Assembly (NCBI GenBank): GCA_001179505.1
Contig: CDMY01000226.1
Span: 96,211-160,210 of the forward strand
DNA length: 64,000 bases
Reading direction: 5' to 3'
Source of the DNA: Vitrella brassicaformis CCMP3155
Taxonomy: Eukaryota; Protista; Chromerida
Shown: one piece after another, positions 24,901-38,459 of the stretch
How the letters are laid out: each line of letters opens with the position of its first letter
Numbering within the stretch: the stretch's first letter is position 1
The notes under the pieces: generated by a model
What the model was told of the DNA's origin: nothing
Database searches by the model: none
What the model saw: only the letters and a program-made list of their open reading frames with translations
Translations under genes and position numbers: made by a program

Positions 24901-27148
24901 TCCATCGTGCCGCCGACTACTAGTGGGGCGGGCCATGGTCGGTCGATCGACTGGCGGATGCTAGCCTAGCTACAGTACGCTTGTTTACTTACTTAGTCAG
25001 TTACACAAACCTTCCTTGGTCAGTACCTACGCCAAGACGCCAAAACGAGACGAGACGAGACAAGAGAGAAGACACACACGCAATACACCAGCCATCCCTG
25101 CAACCATCCATCCACGTAGCAAGGAACAACATCACGTCACATATCACCTCTCCCTCACTCACTCACTCCCGACCAGACAGACAGACAGACAGACAGGCAG
25201 ACACGCTGCTGCTCTCACCGATTCCCCTCACCACCACCACCCCCACACACACACACACCCCAGCAGCAGCAGGAGCAGGAGCAGGAGCAGCAGCAAGACC
25301 GGCATAAGCAGGCAGCGAAGGGACAGAGGCAGTATAGTAGGCGCGCGTGTGAGGCGACAGACAGACAAACAGACGGAAAGATGACAGCACACCTTCACTA
25401 GCGGGCAAGGCTGTGGCAGGAACGACACTCAGACAGACAGACAGACAGACGGCCACTAGGTAGTGAGTGAGATGATCAGTCGGACCAACCAACCAGGTGG
25501 ACAGACAGACAAACAGACAGACAGGCGACAAAGAGACTGACAAGTGGCGTGATCGCTAAAAATGTTCCATGTGTTGTTCTTTCCAGTGTGGGACCCCTCA
25601 GCCACCAAGTACGTCCTAGAAAGAGGTAGGCCGACCCACCAACCATCCATCCAACGAGTGAATTCCCCCAAGGCACCCCACTCAGACAGACCCTCAAACC
25701 TCCAGGCAGCACACAGGCAGACAAGACATACACACACACAGACGGGACAGACAAGGGTAGGGAGATAGCGAAATGGGAGGGTAGAGTCGGTGTAATCACT
25801 CCCTCATCCATCCATCCATCCATGAATCCGTTGGTAAGGTTTATAAAAGGAGGAGAAGTCCGGCCGCGCAGCGAGCTGCCTGCAAACAATCGAGCAATCC
25901 ATCACATCACATCACATCACATCACACACACACGCCCACGCCCACGCACATGCGGCCAACTTACATTACAAATGGGTAGCAAGAAATGAAATGGTGGATG
26001 AGGAAGGCAAGGCAGACATGAGCGATATTAAAAGCCCGAGAACCCGCCCACACACCCCACCCATCAGCAGCATACGGCAGCCTCACGGACAGACACACAC
26101 AGAGACAGACAGACAGACAGACAGAGGGAGGGAGGGAGGGAGGGGTGTGGCTGAGTGTGGGATGTGTTGATGGATGGACAGTAAATGGCGGCAGCTGAGC
26201 AAGCTGGCGGGCCTTGCTGCATGGAAAAAGGGAGGGGCGGGGTTGGGACGTATGTGTGTGTGTGAGCGGAGGGGTGTGCAAAGCACTTAGTCAGTCAATC
26301 AGTTAGTCAGGTAGTCAGTCAGTGAGTGACCTAACACCAGTAGGACGGTTTGGAAGAAACCTTAGCTGAGAGCTGAAAAACATCACTGGAACCAACCCAA
26401 CCCAGACAGAGGCACACAACATGACTGACACGGAGGAGCGTACGTGACATCCGCTTACTTACTCAGGAGGGTATCTGTGTGCGTGTAGGTGGGGTTATCC
26501 AGCTGTCTGTCAGTAGGTAGTGTGTAGGGTAGTACGCAAATCGCTAGCTAGTGTATGGGATGGGATGCATGGCATGGATCTCTCTCACCTCACCTCACCC
26601 CACCCTCAGCCAGCCATCTCTACTCTACCTCTCTGTCTCTTCCTTCCCCTTTCTCTGCCTGCTACGTCTCGCGGGGATCTCTCTGATCTTTCCATCTACC
26701 TACCTCATGGATCGATCGGTCCTTACGCATCGGTCGGTCGGTCAGCTAGCTACTGCCTACCTGTGCAGACAGACAGACCACTGAAGTCAGCAGCATGGGA
26801 GCCTTTAGCTGCACCTACTTCCATCCATCGCATCCATCCATCCATCCATCGCATTCATCACATGCAGGCACTTGTACGCTATTCACATGACATGGCATCA
26901 CGCACACACGGCCACGGCCACGGTCACAACACACACGCACACAAGCTATACGAACCAATCAATCATCCTTCCTTCAGTCAGTCAGTCAGCCACCTTGACC
27001 GATCGATCTGCCTACACGTCACACGCACACACATCACTCACGAGATGAGACACGCATCGCATCCTCACACCAAAACGGACCCAACCAACCCCCGCCCCGC
27101 CCTCCCATCCGACGCACCCCCATCCATCCATCATATCCATTTATTCCT
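21914..27148. repeat. ORF-poor tract dense in simple repeats ((CAGA)n, (CATC)n, (CAGT)n, (CA)n, (GA)n)
   Basis: Seen directly. The listed ORFs here translate to repeat-derived peptides. Confidence 0.85.
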
Positions 27149-29583
27149 TCAAGCATTCCTCCCGCCCTCCCTCTCCCTCTCCCTGTCGTCCTCCTTGACG
27201 GGCGGCGGGGGGATGACGCCCGCAGACGAGGAGCGTCCGAGCGTGGCGGCCATCCCTCCGACAGGCGTGTCCCTGCCGCCTCCTGCCGACGACCAGGTGG
27301 ACCCCAGCTGTGTGGAGGTAAGGGTGGAGGAGAGTGAGGGCCGCAGCGGCAGGAGGGGGCCGTGGCCGTGGCCGCCCGTTGAGTGTGCGGGGGTGCTGGT
27401 GTTGTTGGTGTGTGAGGAGGGGGGCGGGCCGCGCTCCTTGATGATCTTGAAGTACACGTGCAGGGCGTACTCGCGCACTATCATGTCGCCCTCCTCGCTG
27501 CGCACCTCGTTGCTGACACACACCACACCAACGACCACATAGACAGTGGATGGGGTGTGGTGCGTTGTGTTGTTTGTCTGGTGAAGGTCGCTCCCTGCCT
27601 CGCTCGCTCACTCACTCACCACTTGTTGCATTTGAATCGTCTGGGGTAGTTGATGTTGGCGCACTTGCCGCACTCCCAGTTGCCGTTCTCGCGCTTGACC
27701 AACACGGGACGCTCGCGACCCCTCGACGGCAGGGCCTGGGCAGCCAAAGGGTCGCCGTAGATCTTGAGGAACGAACTGTCCGTCGACACACACACACACA
27801 CACACACACAGGCATACATCCAGACAGACACCTGTGGCCGGTGGGTGGGTGGGATGGACAGCGAATGGTGGTGTGTGTCGCAAAGACCCACCTGGCGTTT
27901 TTAAACTCGTCTGGGTGTGCGATGATGTATGGGTGAGGCATCACGGGCGGAATCGTGCCGTCACCCACACGTGGAACTGACACAACACAACACAACACAA
28001 CACAACACCCTGCAGAGTGCCAATCTCTGTTGTCTCTTCGTTCCTCCCTTACGGCCAAATAAGTCGCAGCACAGCGCCCGGATCTCCCCGACGAGCGGGT
28101 CGTCCACACTCCCCTGGATGCTGCTGCCCATGTGGTCCCGCAGCCACTCCAACACATCAAACACCTGACGCCGGCCGCCCTCCTCCTCACGCACCACAGA
28201 CACTCCCGCACCAGCCATACCAGCCGACATGCTGGCGGCAGTCGCCAGCGCCGCAGCAGTGGCGGCAGCCACGTGCTGATGGGCGAGGGGGTGTGCGTAG
28301 GGCATCGTGTGCGTGTGTGGGTGGCTGTGGGTGTGGGTGTGGCTGTGGGCGTGTGCGTGTCCGGGGTGGGTGTAGAAGGGCATGTTGTAGGGGCTGATGG
28401 GGAATGGTGGCGGTGTGATGCTGGTGCTGGCGTGGACCGATGGGGACGGCGCTGGGGGCGGGGGCGGCGACGTGCGGCAGGGGGGAGGCAGTGGGGGGTA
28501 GGGCGGCGGCGAATAGATCGCAGCTGAAGCCAACCACACCACACCAGACCAGACCAGACAGAAGGAAGGACAGATGCAGATTAGATTGCATGTCGGGTCG
28601 GTGGATGGGATGGATGGATGGATGGATGGAGGGTACGGTACCTACCACTGTTCATGTGTGGGGTGGGTGCCGGTCCAGCGGTTGAGGGCGACAGCCTCGG
28701 CAAATCTCCATCACCTAATTCGATTCGCATCACACAACACATGGACAGACAGACAGACAGACAGACATGCTACCAAGGTCAGTCAAGAGCATTCTGCACG
28801 TCTCGTGTTGTGTTGTGTGGACGGACCTTTTCGCGTCGGGCTGAGCTCCTGTGGCGACGAGTATGGGCCCGTGGGTCCGGCGCTGAGGGCCCCCATCGCT
28901 ATCGTCGAGGGGTAGTGGTGCGCAGCATAATACTGCGACAGACGCCTACAGACACAGACAGACACCCGAGCCCACCCACCCATGCCACAGATGGGATGGA
29001 TGTGCGGACGGGAGGTCCGTGTGTGCGTGTGCGTACGTCGAGAACTCCTGTAGGTACTGCGGGTGGAAGTATCCGTAAGTCTGGGGCGAGGTGAAGGGGT
29101 TGTGGCTGTCCTGACCACCTGCCGCTGTTGCTGGGGCCTCGGACGTCGCGCCAACCTGGTAGCCTGGCAAGGGGAGCGACGAACCTACCAGACCATGACC
29201 AGGATACGTGGAATGCCCTGACACACACACACACACAGAGGGAATCAGCCACACACGATCTATCGTCCTCCTGCCACCGCACAGTGCCACGCACCGCAAG
29301 CGACCTGTAGCGTAAGTGGGGTAGTAGCCGACGGTGGGATGGCCACCCGAGCGGCCAGCAGTCACAGTCAGAGGCAGTGGGGTGGCCGAGGGCGGCGGTG
29401 GTGGCGGAGGCGACCGACACAGAGGAACAGCTGACACACACAAGCAACACACACAAGCAGACAGAGAGACGGGAGACAGACAACGCGACAGTCACACACA
29501 AACAAGGTGGTGTACAATGCAAGGTGGCCCGTGTGTGTGATCTTTTGCCTACACGGCGCACTCTTGCTCGACGAAGGGTCCAT
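27149..29583 (-). CDS. RanBP2-type zinc-finger protein with Pro/His-rich N-terminal region; about 9 exons
   Basis: All exon phases are consistent from ATG 29583 (MDPSSSKSAP). The spliced finger is NWECGKCANINYPRRFKCNK|C (W-x-C-x2-C-x3-N-x6-C-x2-C). Confidence 0.85.
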
Positions 29584-30245
29584 CGCTGCAAGGCAGCTGG
29601 CGAAGCAGCGGGAACACGCGGTCTTGTCTCGCCCAGTAGAAGCAAGCAGCGCCAGTCAGGGAAAGCGCTCAAAGAGCTCGGCGCGCTGCCGTTGATGCCT
29701 TTCAAAGGGGTTTCTTGGCCGTCAGTCACGTCAGAAGCCAGGCAAGTGAAGTGAAGCAGACAGGAAGATCAGTCAAGCAAAGCGACGCAAGTAAAGGGAG
29801 GGAGGGCGGCAAGCTGCAGGTCTGTCTGTAGGTCACCTGGAAGTACGCAAGACCTGGAGGCCAGACCTTCGCACCTCTGTTGCCTTTTGCAAACAAACCC
29901 AAACCCTGGTCAGTTTCGGCTGGGCCTTCTGTTTGTGCAACCGATTTGGCGTTTGTGACTTCTCACTATATATGCCGATTGATTGATATCACGTACGTAC
30001 GTATATGCAGAGGGCGTCACTCTACACGACACACATGGGGGAGGGTCTGCTGCCCCCGCTTCATTGCACAAACAAACGTGGTCACGCAAACCAACCAACC
30101 ACCAACCGCATGGGAAGAGTCAACAAGGAGAGCGAACAAACGCAAAGCAAAGCCGGCCACAACACAACACAATACAACAAATGGCACAGCATGAAACGGC
30201 ACAGCATGGCCATCCGTCGCCTCCCTCCCTCCCTCTCCCCACCAC

Positions 30246-33184
30246 CTATCGCCTTGCAGGCGACCTGTTTGTCCGGTAGAAGAGTGGGCTGCGTTGGCCG
30301 CCCAGGTACGGCAGCCCCACCTCTCCCGGACCCGGGAATGGCCGCGGACCCGGCGATCTGTCGCGGATGACGGGCCGTCTGTAGTAGGGGTACCCCCGCG
30401 CAGCGCTCCGGATCCGCTCGGCTTGCGACGCCGGTGAAACGGTCACCGTCGGCGAGGAGGCTGTGGCTGCCGGCAACGGCAAGGAGGCGGCGAGAGCCGT
30501 GACCGACGGAGGGGACCCCGAGCTGGGCGAACTGCACAAAAGACACATGGAGCAGGGAGGGATGGCGGCCGTGTACGTGTCAGGTGTTGTGGGTGCGGTG
30601 CCCCAGCCAGCGCACCTGAAAGTTTGTGATGGCGGCTCGTATATGGTGGGGCACTCTGTGGCCTTGGGCGTGTTCTTCTTGGAGGGCGGGGAGCGGCCGC
30701 CAGCCTTGCGGGGCGACTTGCCATCCTCGCCCCGGATCTGGTGAATGAATGAATGAGTGAATGACACAAGCGCATATGCGTGGGGTGTGCGTGTGTGTAC
30801 CTGGTGCTCGAGCTCCTGCAGTGACTCTTGCCGCAGGTTGTGGGGCCAGTGGATCGGGTGAGAACGAGATTGCCTGACAAGCGCACAGACAGACAGACAG
30901 ACCGACAGACAGACACGTTGATTTCTCAAATGTGCGACCCCTGGCTGCCTTCCTCACGAGCACCTCTTGACGAGCTCGGGTTTCTCGGGCAGGTTGCAGT
31001 GCTGGTAGAAGAGAACATACGCCTTGGGCGTCACCACCTGACTCTCAGACACCTCACGGACGTCCTCGTCGTCATATCGGTACCACCTGCACACAAAACA
31101 GGGAGGGTGTGCATGCGTCTCTCTGTGTGCCCTCGCCGCGCCTCACTCACTTGTCCCGGAACTGGTGCTTGCAGACGGAAGTGTAGTGGCCGAAATTCAG
31201 TGTCGCACCTGCGATGCGATGCCACAAACAACGAGCAGCCAGACAGACAGACAGACATGCATGCCATCTGGGTGCGCCTGACCTCTCTCTCTCTCTCTCT
31301 CTCTCTCTCCCCCTTACCGCTGTGATTGACAACGCCGTAGAGCTGGTAGAGGGGCTGGCCCTTCTGCTCCGACTTGACGAACTTGGCGAAGTTGACCGTT
31401 GTGGGGAAGTCGACTAGCTGCTGCAGCTTGGACGACCGGCGGCCTGCGAAGCGGAAACGTTTGAGGTGGAGGATCAGGATGAGCGGCAGCTTCCAGATGT
31501 CGATCTTCTTGGTCGCCTCCCGGAACGCCTTGCAGTGGGGGCAGTACCAGCACTCATCGCCCGTCAACGACTCCTCCGCACGAAACGCTGATCGATCGAC
31601 GATAGATAAATCAGTGAGGAAAGAAACAGAGAACGGGGCAGATGCAGAAAGGTGTGCGCGTGTGTGGATGGATGGATGGATTGATGGACGTACCTTCGAT
31701 AGCCTCGTCGATGGAGTGGACGGCGTTGCCGTCGCCGTCCTCGAGCGGGAGGCTCAAAAACATGAAGGGGTCGTACCGGATGTTGAAGTCGTGACACGTG
31801 TTGCACTGCACCACCGAACGCAGCTGGCCCTGCAAGATGTCCACCAAATACGACTTGTTCCTGCACACAAACAAACCACCAATCGATCAGACAGACGGCA
31901 ATGTCGCCAGCAGATTCTGTCCAGACTCCCCCCTCGTCCACCCACCCACCCACCCACCTAGGTACCTACCTGCGCAGGTGTCTGGACCACGCCTCAGCCG
32001 CCAGTTTCTCCTCTCGCTTCCCTTCAGAGAGGGTCTTGCGAGTGACGTCGGGCTCCTCCACGTATGGCTTCTTGATCACGCGGTTCAAGTCCTCGTGGAG
32101 GCCATCCAACATCGTCACTAACAACTCCTGCGCCAGAATAGCCACACACAGAGGAAAGAGAGGGAGAGGGAGAGAGAGAGGGACAGAGGTAGGGAGAGAG
32201 GTGGGCCAGGGCAGCTGGTGCGTCAGGCCAGTGTGCGGTGCGTGCAGATGAGATGGCCCCCCTCACCCCACCTGTGCATCTTGCTGCTCATATCCGCGGA
32301 AGAGGTCGTTGACGCCGCCCAGCACCTTCTTGATATTCTTGGGCGGCACCTCACGCACCCCGGACGTCAGCCACAGCTGACGCATCAAGCTCGAGTACTC
32401 GTGCGTCAGCTTCCCACCCGTCCCCATCACATTCACTGACACACACCAGACACGCAACAGACAAAGAAAAGACAAAATGCTTGCATTGGCTCACTTGCTG
32501 CACTGCATCACATCATCGATCGCATCATCTCATCTCGCGTGTACGTACGTACGTACGTACGTACGTACCTGTGTTGATTTCCTTCTCGTATGCAAATTTG
32601 TCGGCATCTGGTTCCAGAGCCAGGAAGTAGTCGGTGAGGATGGCCGTGTTGGACATGCACTGCAGCGCCGAGTTCATGTAGCACGTGTTGCCCAGGTTTG
32701 TCAAGCCCACCAAACCCGCATTTGCTGGCCTATTGGACCAATCCAACCAACGATACAAAACAAACAATGTTGCAATGCAGTGCAGGCCAGGCCAGGCACT
32801 CACACACAGAGTGAATGCTGTTCGGCCTCCCTCCCTGCCTCTTTCATCCATGTGTATGGCGTCCGCCCACCTCGTCACTTGGCGATACACCTTCACCGGC
32901 GAGTCTGCGCCGTCGTAGTGTCTGCCGATGATGCGACGCTGTCGATCGGGCGATGGCGACTGACTCGACGGCAGGCGGTGGGAGGACGTGTGACCCACGC
33001 GAGCCGGGGGGTCGACCACAGGCGTGGCTCTGAACGACACAACAGACGAAGGGGCGCAATCCGATGCTTTGGGTGCATGGCTCCTGCGTGGCCCTCACCG
33101 TGTGTCCAGCTCCATCTCGTCATCCACGTTGTCCATCGACCCATTCTCATCGCTATTGATTCTCCGGTGCAGCGTGGGCAGCAT
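30246..33184 (-). CDS. Ubiquitin carboxyl-terminal hydrolase (USP, peptidase C19, USP2/8-like); multi-exon
   Basis: Cys box [43 protein letters not shown], His box [16 protein letters not shown] and WYRYDD..V are all present. A spliced low-complexity tail ends RSPARR* at 30246. Confidence 0.95.
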
Positions 33185-33341
33185 CGGCAGGCCCTGAAAC
33201 AGAGATGAGAGGACGTCAGGGCATGTTCAATGGAGCCTCTCTTTTTCTTGCTACCGTCAACACAGGACAACAGGAGCCCTCAACTCAATGATTTGCCTTG
33301 CGGAGAGAGGGGAACAGCTCTGCAAGCTCAAATTCGAAGGT

Positions 33342-33351
33342 TTGCGAGCTT
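33342..33351. promoter_or_regulatory. Shared bidirectional-promoter motif (TTGCGAGCTT)
   Basis: Near the centre of the USP / wall-protein divergent gap. Confidence 0.6.
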
Positions 33352-33529
33352 AGCGTACACTGTTGTTGCAAAAAGTAAACGGTCAAGTTGACGACTCGCG
33401 GGAAAGAAGGAAACCGAAGCGCGCTGAGGCGCTGGACGTGAGAGACTGAGCCTGTCGAGGGCGTTCCACTGTGAGAGAGGTCCGAGAAGGCTCGGACGGG
33501 GTGAGGTGCGCACCGCCTATTCTTTCCGG

Positions 33530-35952
33530 ATGATGGTAAGCAAGCAGTCAAACGGTGCAGCGAGACTCAGACAGCACTTCGCCGAATCAACACTCAATCA
33601 CTCACAATCACAATCACGATGATGGAGTGCCTGCTGATTTGGTGTGCCGTCTGTTTGGCTTGCGTGTGTGTGTGTGTGCAGGCCAGGTGGGGTGTGGTCC
33701 TCCTGGTCGCGTTCGGCACCACATGCATAGGCGCCGAGCCAAAGGCGTACGACCCCTATAACCCCCATCACGACCCCCTCCATGACGTTCCCATCGGTCG
33801 GTGGGTGGGCAAACACAATCAATCGTTCGTTCGTCTTCATTCATTTCCCTTTATTCCTCAATGCTGTGTCTGTCTGTCTGTGTGCGTGTCTGTCAGAGTA
33901 TCCGAGTGAGAACCATCCGTGGTGGCCGCACCACGGCCCCAGTGACAACAAGGGGAAGGGCAATGCCTGCCCCAAGGACTGGGACGTCGTCGGCCCCAAC
34001 TGCCAGAAGACCATCGAGTTCCCACCCATACCCTCTTGCCCCGTCGGCGAGTTCGACGAGGGATCAGGCTTCTGCATCACGCAAGACGTCGTGGGCGCCC
34101 CCCTCATTTGCCCAGAGAACTGCCGCCTGGTCAAACACAGCCCCACCGACCTCAAACCTACGTGCATCTGCGTCGTTGGCCTGGGCGGCGGCAACGGGAC
34201 GGACAACGGCCCGCCCAGGGGCGTGCCGATGGAGTGCCCCTACAGCTACATCATGACCAGCAAGGGCGACTGCAAACCCGAGCACAAGGATTATGCTTAC
34301 TCGGGGCATGGCGACGGCCACGGTGACGGCCACGGTGGCGGGCATGGCGACACTTCGGACGTGAGCAAGACAGCGAGACAGACAGACAGACAGACAGACA
34401 GGAGGCGGGATGGCATTTACTCACTCACTCACTCATGGCTTCGTCCATGTGTGTCACTCTTCTCTTCTGTGTGTGTCTGCTCGTGTGTGTATTTGTCCAA
34501 CAGCACGTGGATGCGCAGTGTCCCACCGGCACGATCTTCCTGCAGGGCCTGTGTCTGCCGATCGAGGAAGTGCGGCCCAAGTCGGTCTGCCCCCCGGAAT
34601 ACAACTTCCAAACGGCCCTCACCAACGACTTCGCATTCCATGGGCGGTCGTACCTTTTCTGTCTCGGCATTCAGGAGTTCATCCCCCTAATCGAGTGCCC
34701 CAAGCCCTTCATAGAGGTCAACTTCCCGGACCTCGGCGACCTTAAGCCCGGTGACCCCGTGCCCAGGGCGCCGGCGGGAGCAGGCGGCGGCCTCACCGAG
34801 GAGCTCTTGGAGGCCCTGCCACCAGAAATCAGAGAGCAGATCCCCCCAGAACTCATCGCGAACCCCACACCCGAGGGCTTCGCTGCCCTCCCGCCAGAGG
34901 TGCAGCAGGCGCTGCAAGAGGCGCTTGCCCAAGTACAAGGTGAGGGGACTACCCCACCACCTGAGGCCGGCGAGGGCCTGCTCGGCCCTCCTGCTGATGG
35001 GGAGCCCATTCAGATCCCCCCTGAGGTGCTCGCGCAGATCCCCGCCTCCGTCATCCAGCAGGTGCCGCCAGAGGTCCTGGCCGACCCCACCCCCGAGAAC
35101 CTCGCCACCCTTGACCCCGAGCTCATCGCTCAGCTGCCAGAAGACCTACAGACCCTCCTGGCCCAGGTCACCAGCAACCAGAACGCCACCGAAGCAGGCG
35201 GCGCCGAGGGGGCATCTGGTGGCGCAGACGCCACACCCGGCGGCGTCCTTCCCTCCCTCTTTATGCGACAAGTGGGCGGTGGTGGTGGTGGCGGTGGTGG
35301 TGATGGTGACGGCGGATCTGAATTTTTGACCCCCGCCCCCGGCCTGGACCCTCTGTTGGCTGGTGAGATCAACTCAGACGACTACGACGGCCGATTCGGC
35401 TATCCAGAGGGGAGGAGGCTGCCAAAGCCACAGCAGGACTTCATGGCGCTTCAGGGAGGCCACGGGCAGCTGTCAGGGCGGTTCCAGGGCGTCCAGCAAC
35501 GGATGCCCTACTCAGGCCCCCGACGACTGCAGGAGGAGGAGGCTGTGGCCGGCAGCCCACCGGGCGTCGCCAACCCGATTCCACCAGAGGGACAGATTCC
35601 CGCTGCAGGGGGGGAGGAAGAGGTGACGCCTGAGGGCACTGCCGAGGGCGGCCCCGCTGAAGCTGCTGAAGGCATTGATGAGGCAGCAGGGGAGGCGGAA
35701 GAAGGGGCCGACGCGGCTGCTGAGGGGGGCGGCGGTGGCGCGGAGCCGGCCCAGGATGGAGGAGAGGATGGTGAGGATGGTGAAGAGGCGGCCGGTCCCT
35801 CTTGTCAGCTGACGATCTCGGTGCCGGCGACCTACTGCAGCCCACATGGTCACTGCAAGGGCAAGTACATCAGCAAGCTCAAGAAACAGTTCAGAATCAT
35901 TGGCGAGGAGATCGGCATCGGGGAAGAGTTCGCCAGGATCCTTCAAGTATAA
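33530..35952 (+). CDS. Secreted Cys-repeat protein resembling apicomplexan oocyst/cyst wall proteins (COWP/OWP-like), His-rich, with a large acidic Pro/Glu/Gly insert
   Basis: A 6-nt first exon (MM) plus ARWGVVLLVAFGTTCIGA forms a signal peptide. Repeats of CP-x(7-9)-C-x(7-10)-P-x(3)-CP type occur (CPKDWDVVGPNC, CPVGEFDEGSGFC, CPTGTIFLQGLC, CPPEY...FC). His/Gly tract GHGDGHGDGHGGGHG. The OWP assignment rests on pattern resemblance only. Confidence 0.65.
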
Positions 35953-37554
35953 GACATGCATGACCATGACATGGATTGCTGTGTATGGGTGAGGCTGGGT
36001 ATGGTAGATAGTCTTAAGGAGGTACATAGCTAGCTAGGTGGCGTGCATACGTCGACTGACTGACTGACTGACTCGCTTATTGCTCTCTTGTTTTGCCTGC
36101 TCCTCCCTCCCTCCCTCCCTCCCTCCCTCGTGTGTTTCGATCAAGTCTCTCTGCTGTCTGGCCTCGTCTGTCTCCCTCGTGTCTGTCGTCTGCCTTGATT
36201 GATTGCTATGACACCTCGGTTGCTGGCGTCATTGGTGGATAGCTACGCTGTGAGTGCTGCACACGTACTTGGGTCTCGAAAGTGGGACCGGCCATTGACG
36301 CTTCGCAAGCCGGGGCGGGACGGAGGGAGGGAAGGAAGCAAGAAGGAGACAGGCAGATGGGATGAATGACAGCGAGGGAGGGAGGGCCTGCTGCTATCGA
36401 ACGCAACGCAACGCAACTACGCGCGCACTGCATGGATGCTCCATACCATCTCACTCACTTACTCACCGGGTGGCGGCTTTGTGCCGATCGGTAGTCTCTC
36501 TCTCTCTGTGTGCGCGTGTCTCTGTGTCTCTTTCTGTCATCGTGTCATGCACTGCACATGGCGCATGAAGGACTGAATGAATGAATGTGCGTATGGATGG
36601 ATGGGTTTGAGCGGGGTTTAGCTAGCTAGTGAAGGGGGTCTGTATGCCGAGCGACCGCACGTGGGATGCGAGTCGACTGGTCACCCCCTCCCGCCATCTA
36701 TGCGTGTGCGTGTGCGTGTCCATGTGAGTGGGACTGAGTGGATGAGGACTGACTGACTGACTTGCTGGACGTCCATCAATCGTTTTTGCCGTCCGTCAGC
36801 CATATATTTGAATGAATCGTTAGTGCATAGAGAGAGCATGGCATGGCATGAATGGAATGACGCAAGTCAGTCACTCACGATGCCCTCGCCCCCGAGCTCA
36901 GACGACCCAACGACACCGTACCGTGCACTCACTACTCACTCTCCTCTGGGTGCTGTGCCTGTCTGAGGCACACCAGCTCTAGACAGAATCAATCGATCAC
37001 CTCGACTAACAACCACACCATCCATCCACCCACACCAACAAGAAAATGCGCGTCTTCTGCTCTGCCCGTCCCCCACAGCCCAGCCCCCCACCGGCCACGC
37101 ATGCCGTCCTTTCGCAGGGCGCCCACACCACAAGAAACAAGACGGTCGATCGGTCATGGTCTCTCTCGTACGCGTGGATGGATGGATGACACACTCACAC
37201 CCGTGGCACAGACAGACAGCTAGTAAATCACTTGGGAACGAACGGAGCACTCTATGCGGCATAGACTGAGTGGCTGGCCTGCCTGCCTGCCTAGTTGGAT
37301 GGATGGATGGATGGAGGAGGTGGACCACTCCATCCACTGCTCTAGATGAATTGGTTGGTGCTCGGATGACAGACAGACGTCCATGCAGCCTAGCCTGGCG
37401 AAGTGGCTCTAATTACATATGTATGTATACCTCGCGACGGATTTGGTCGCACAGACAAACAAACGCCATACGCGCAGTCACACACACACTGCATGCCCCT
37501 CCCCCTCCCCCTCCCGAGCCCATATCTTCCTCCGCCCCCACGTCATGTGTGTCT

Positions 37555-38428
37555 TCACTCTGTCTTGTAGATGTGGGCGCCGTCGGAGGGCTGCAAGGCA
37601 AACACGGAACAGACAGACAGACAGACAGGCCATCCATCCATCCATCCATGTGTGTGGGTGTGGGTGTGTGTGGGTGCGTCTGTATGTCGTCATCTCACCT
37701 CAGCGAGGAATGCCCGCGGCTCGTCGACCTTCAGACCTGCCTCAGCAGACGCTGCAGCCACAACATTGCCACCAATCCAATCAAAGATGGTTTTTGGTGC
37801 CGCAAACAAACAGGAATGCAATGCATTTAGTTGTTCGTTCGTACCTTTGACAGTCTCGAGGAATTTCGAGTACTCAGCCAGCTGAACCGACGACAGACAC
37901 AGCAGAGAGAGGCACATAGATCGATTAGATAATTGTATTCCGTGACATGGCCATGCATGGCTCCCCCTCCCCCCCTCTGGCTGACTGACCACAGTGTCTT
38001 TGACGGCATCGCTCTTGGTCTTGTCCACCAGGCACACCACACACCCGCCGAAGCCGCCCCCAGTGATTCGCGCGCCATACGCCCCAGGCTGCTCGCGAGC
38101 CAGTTCCACTATGCGGTCTGAAGGATCCAATCCGTGCAGACAGACACATATGAGAGTTGAGGAGCCAAGGCGAGCCGCCAACAGTGACTGACCGATTTCG
38201 GGCGTCGAGACCTCGAAGTTGTCCCGGAGCGACGCGTGGCTCTCATACCTTAACATAACAGAGAGAGGGAACCAGCAGTGAAGAATCGGTCAGTGTGGGC
38301 TGGCTGCTGTGCTGTGTGTTGTGGGTCCCCTCATACATGAGAGTGCCGGCGGCCTTCCAGTCCTTGGCCTTGAGCTTGTCCGCAAACTGCAGGCACCTGA
38401 TATATGTGATGTGGACGGACGACAGGAC

Positions 38429-38459
<31 letters not shown>

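Noticed and set aside
25842-25877. TATAAAA followed by AGCGAGCT (1 mismatch to the promoter octamer)
   Set aside because: No supportable downstream gene. It is a single imperfect instance inside repeat-rich DNA, so it is not counted as a promoter.
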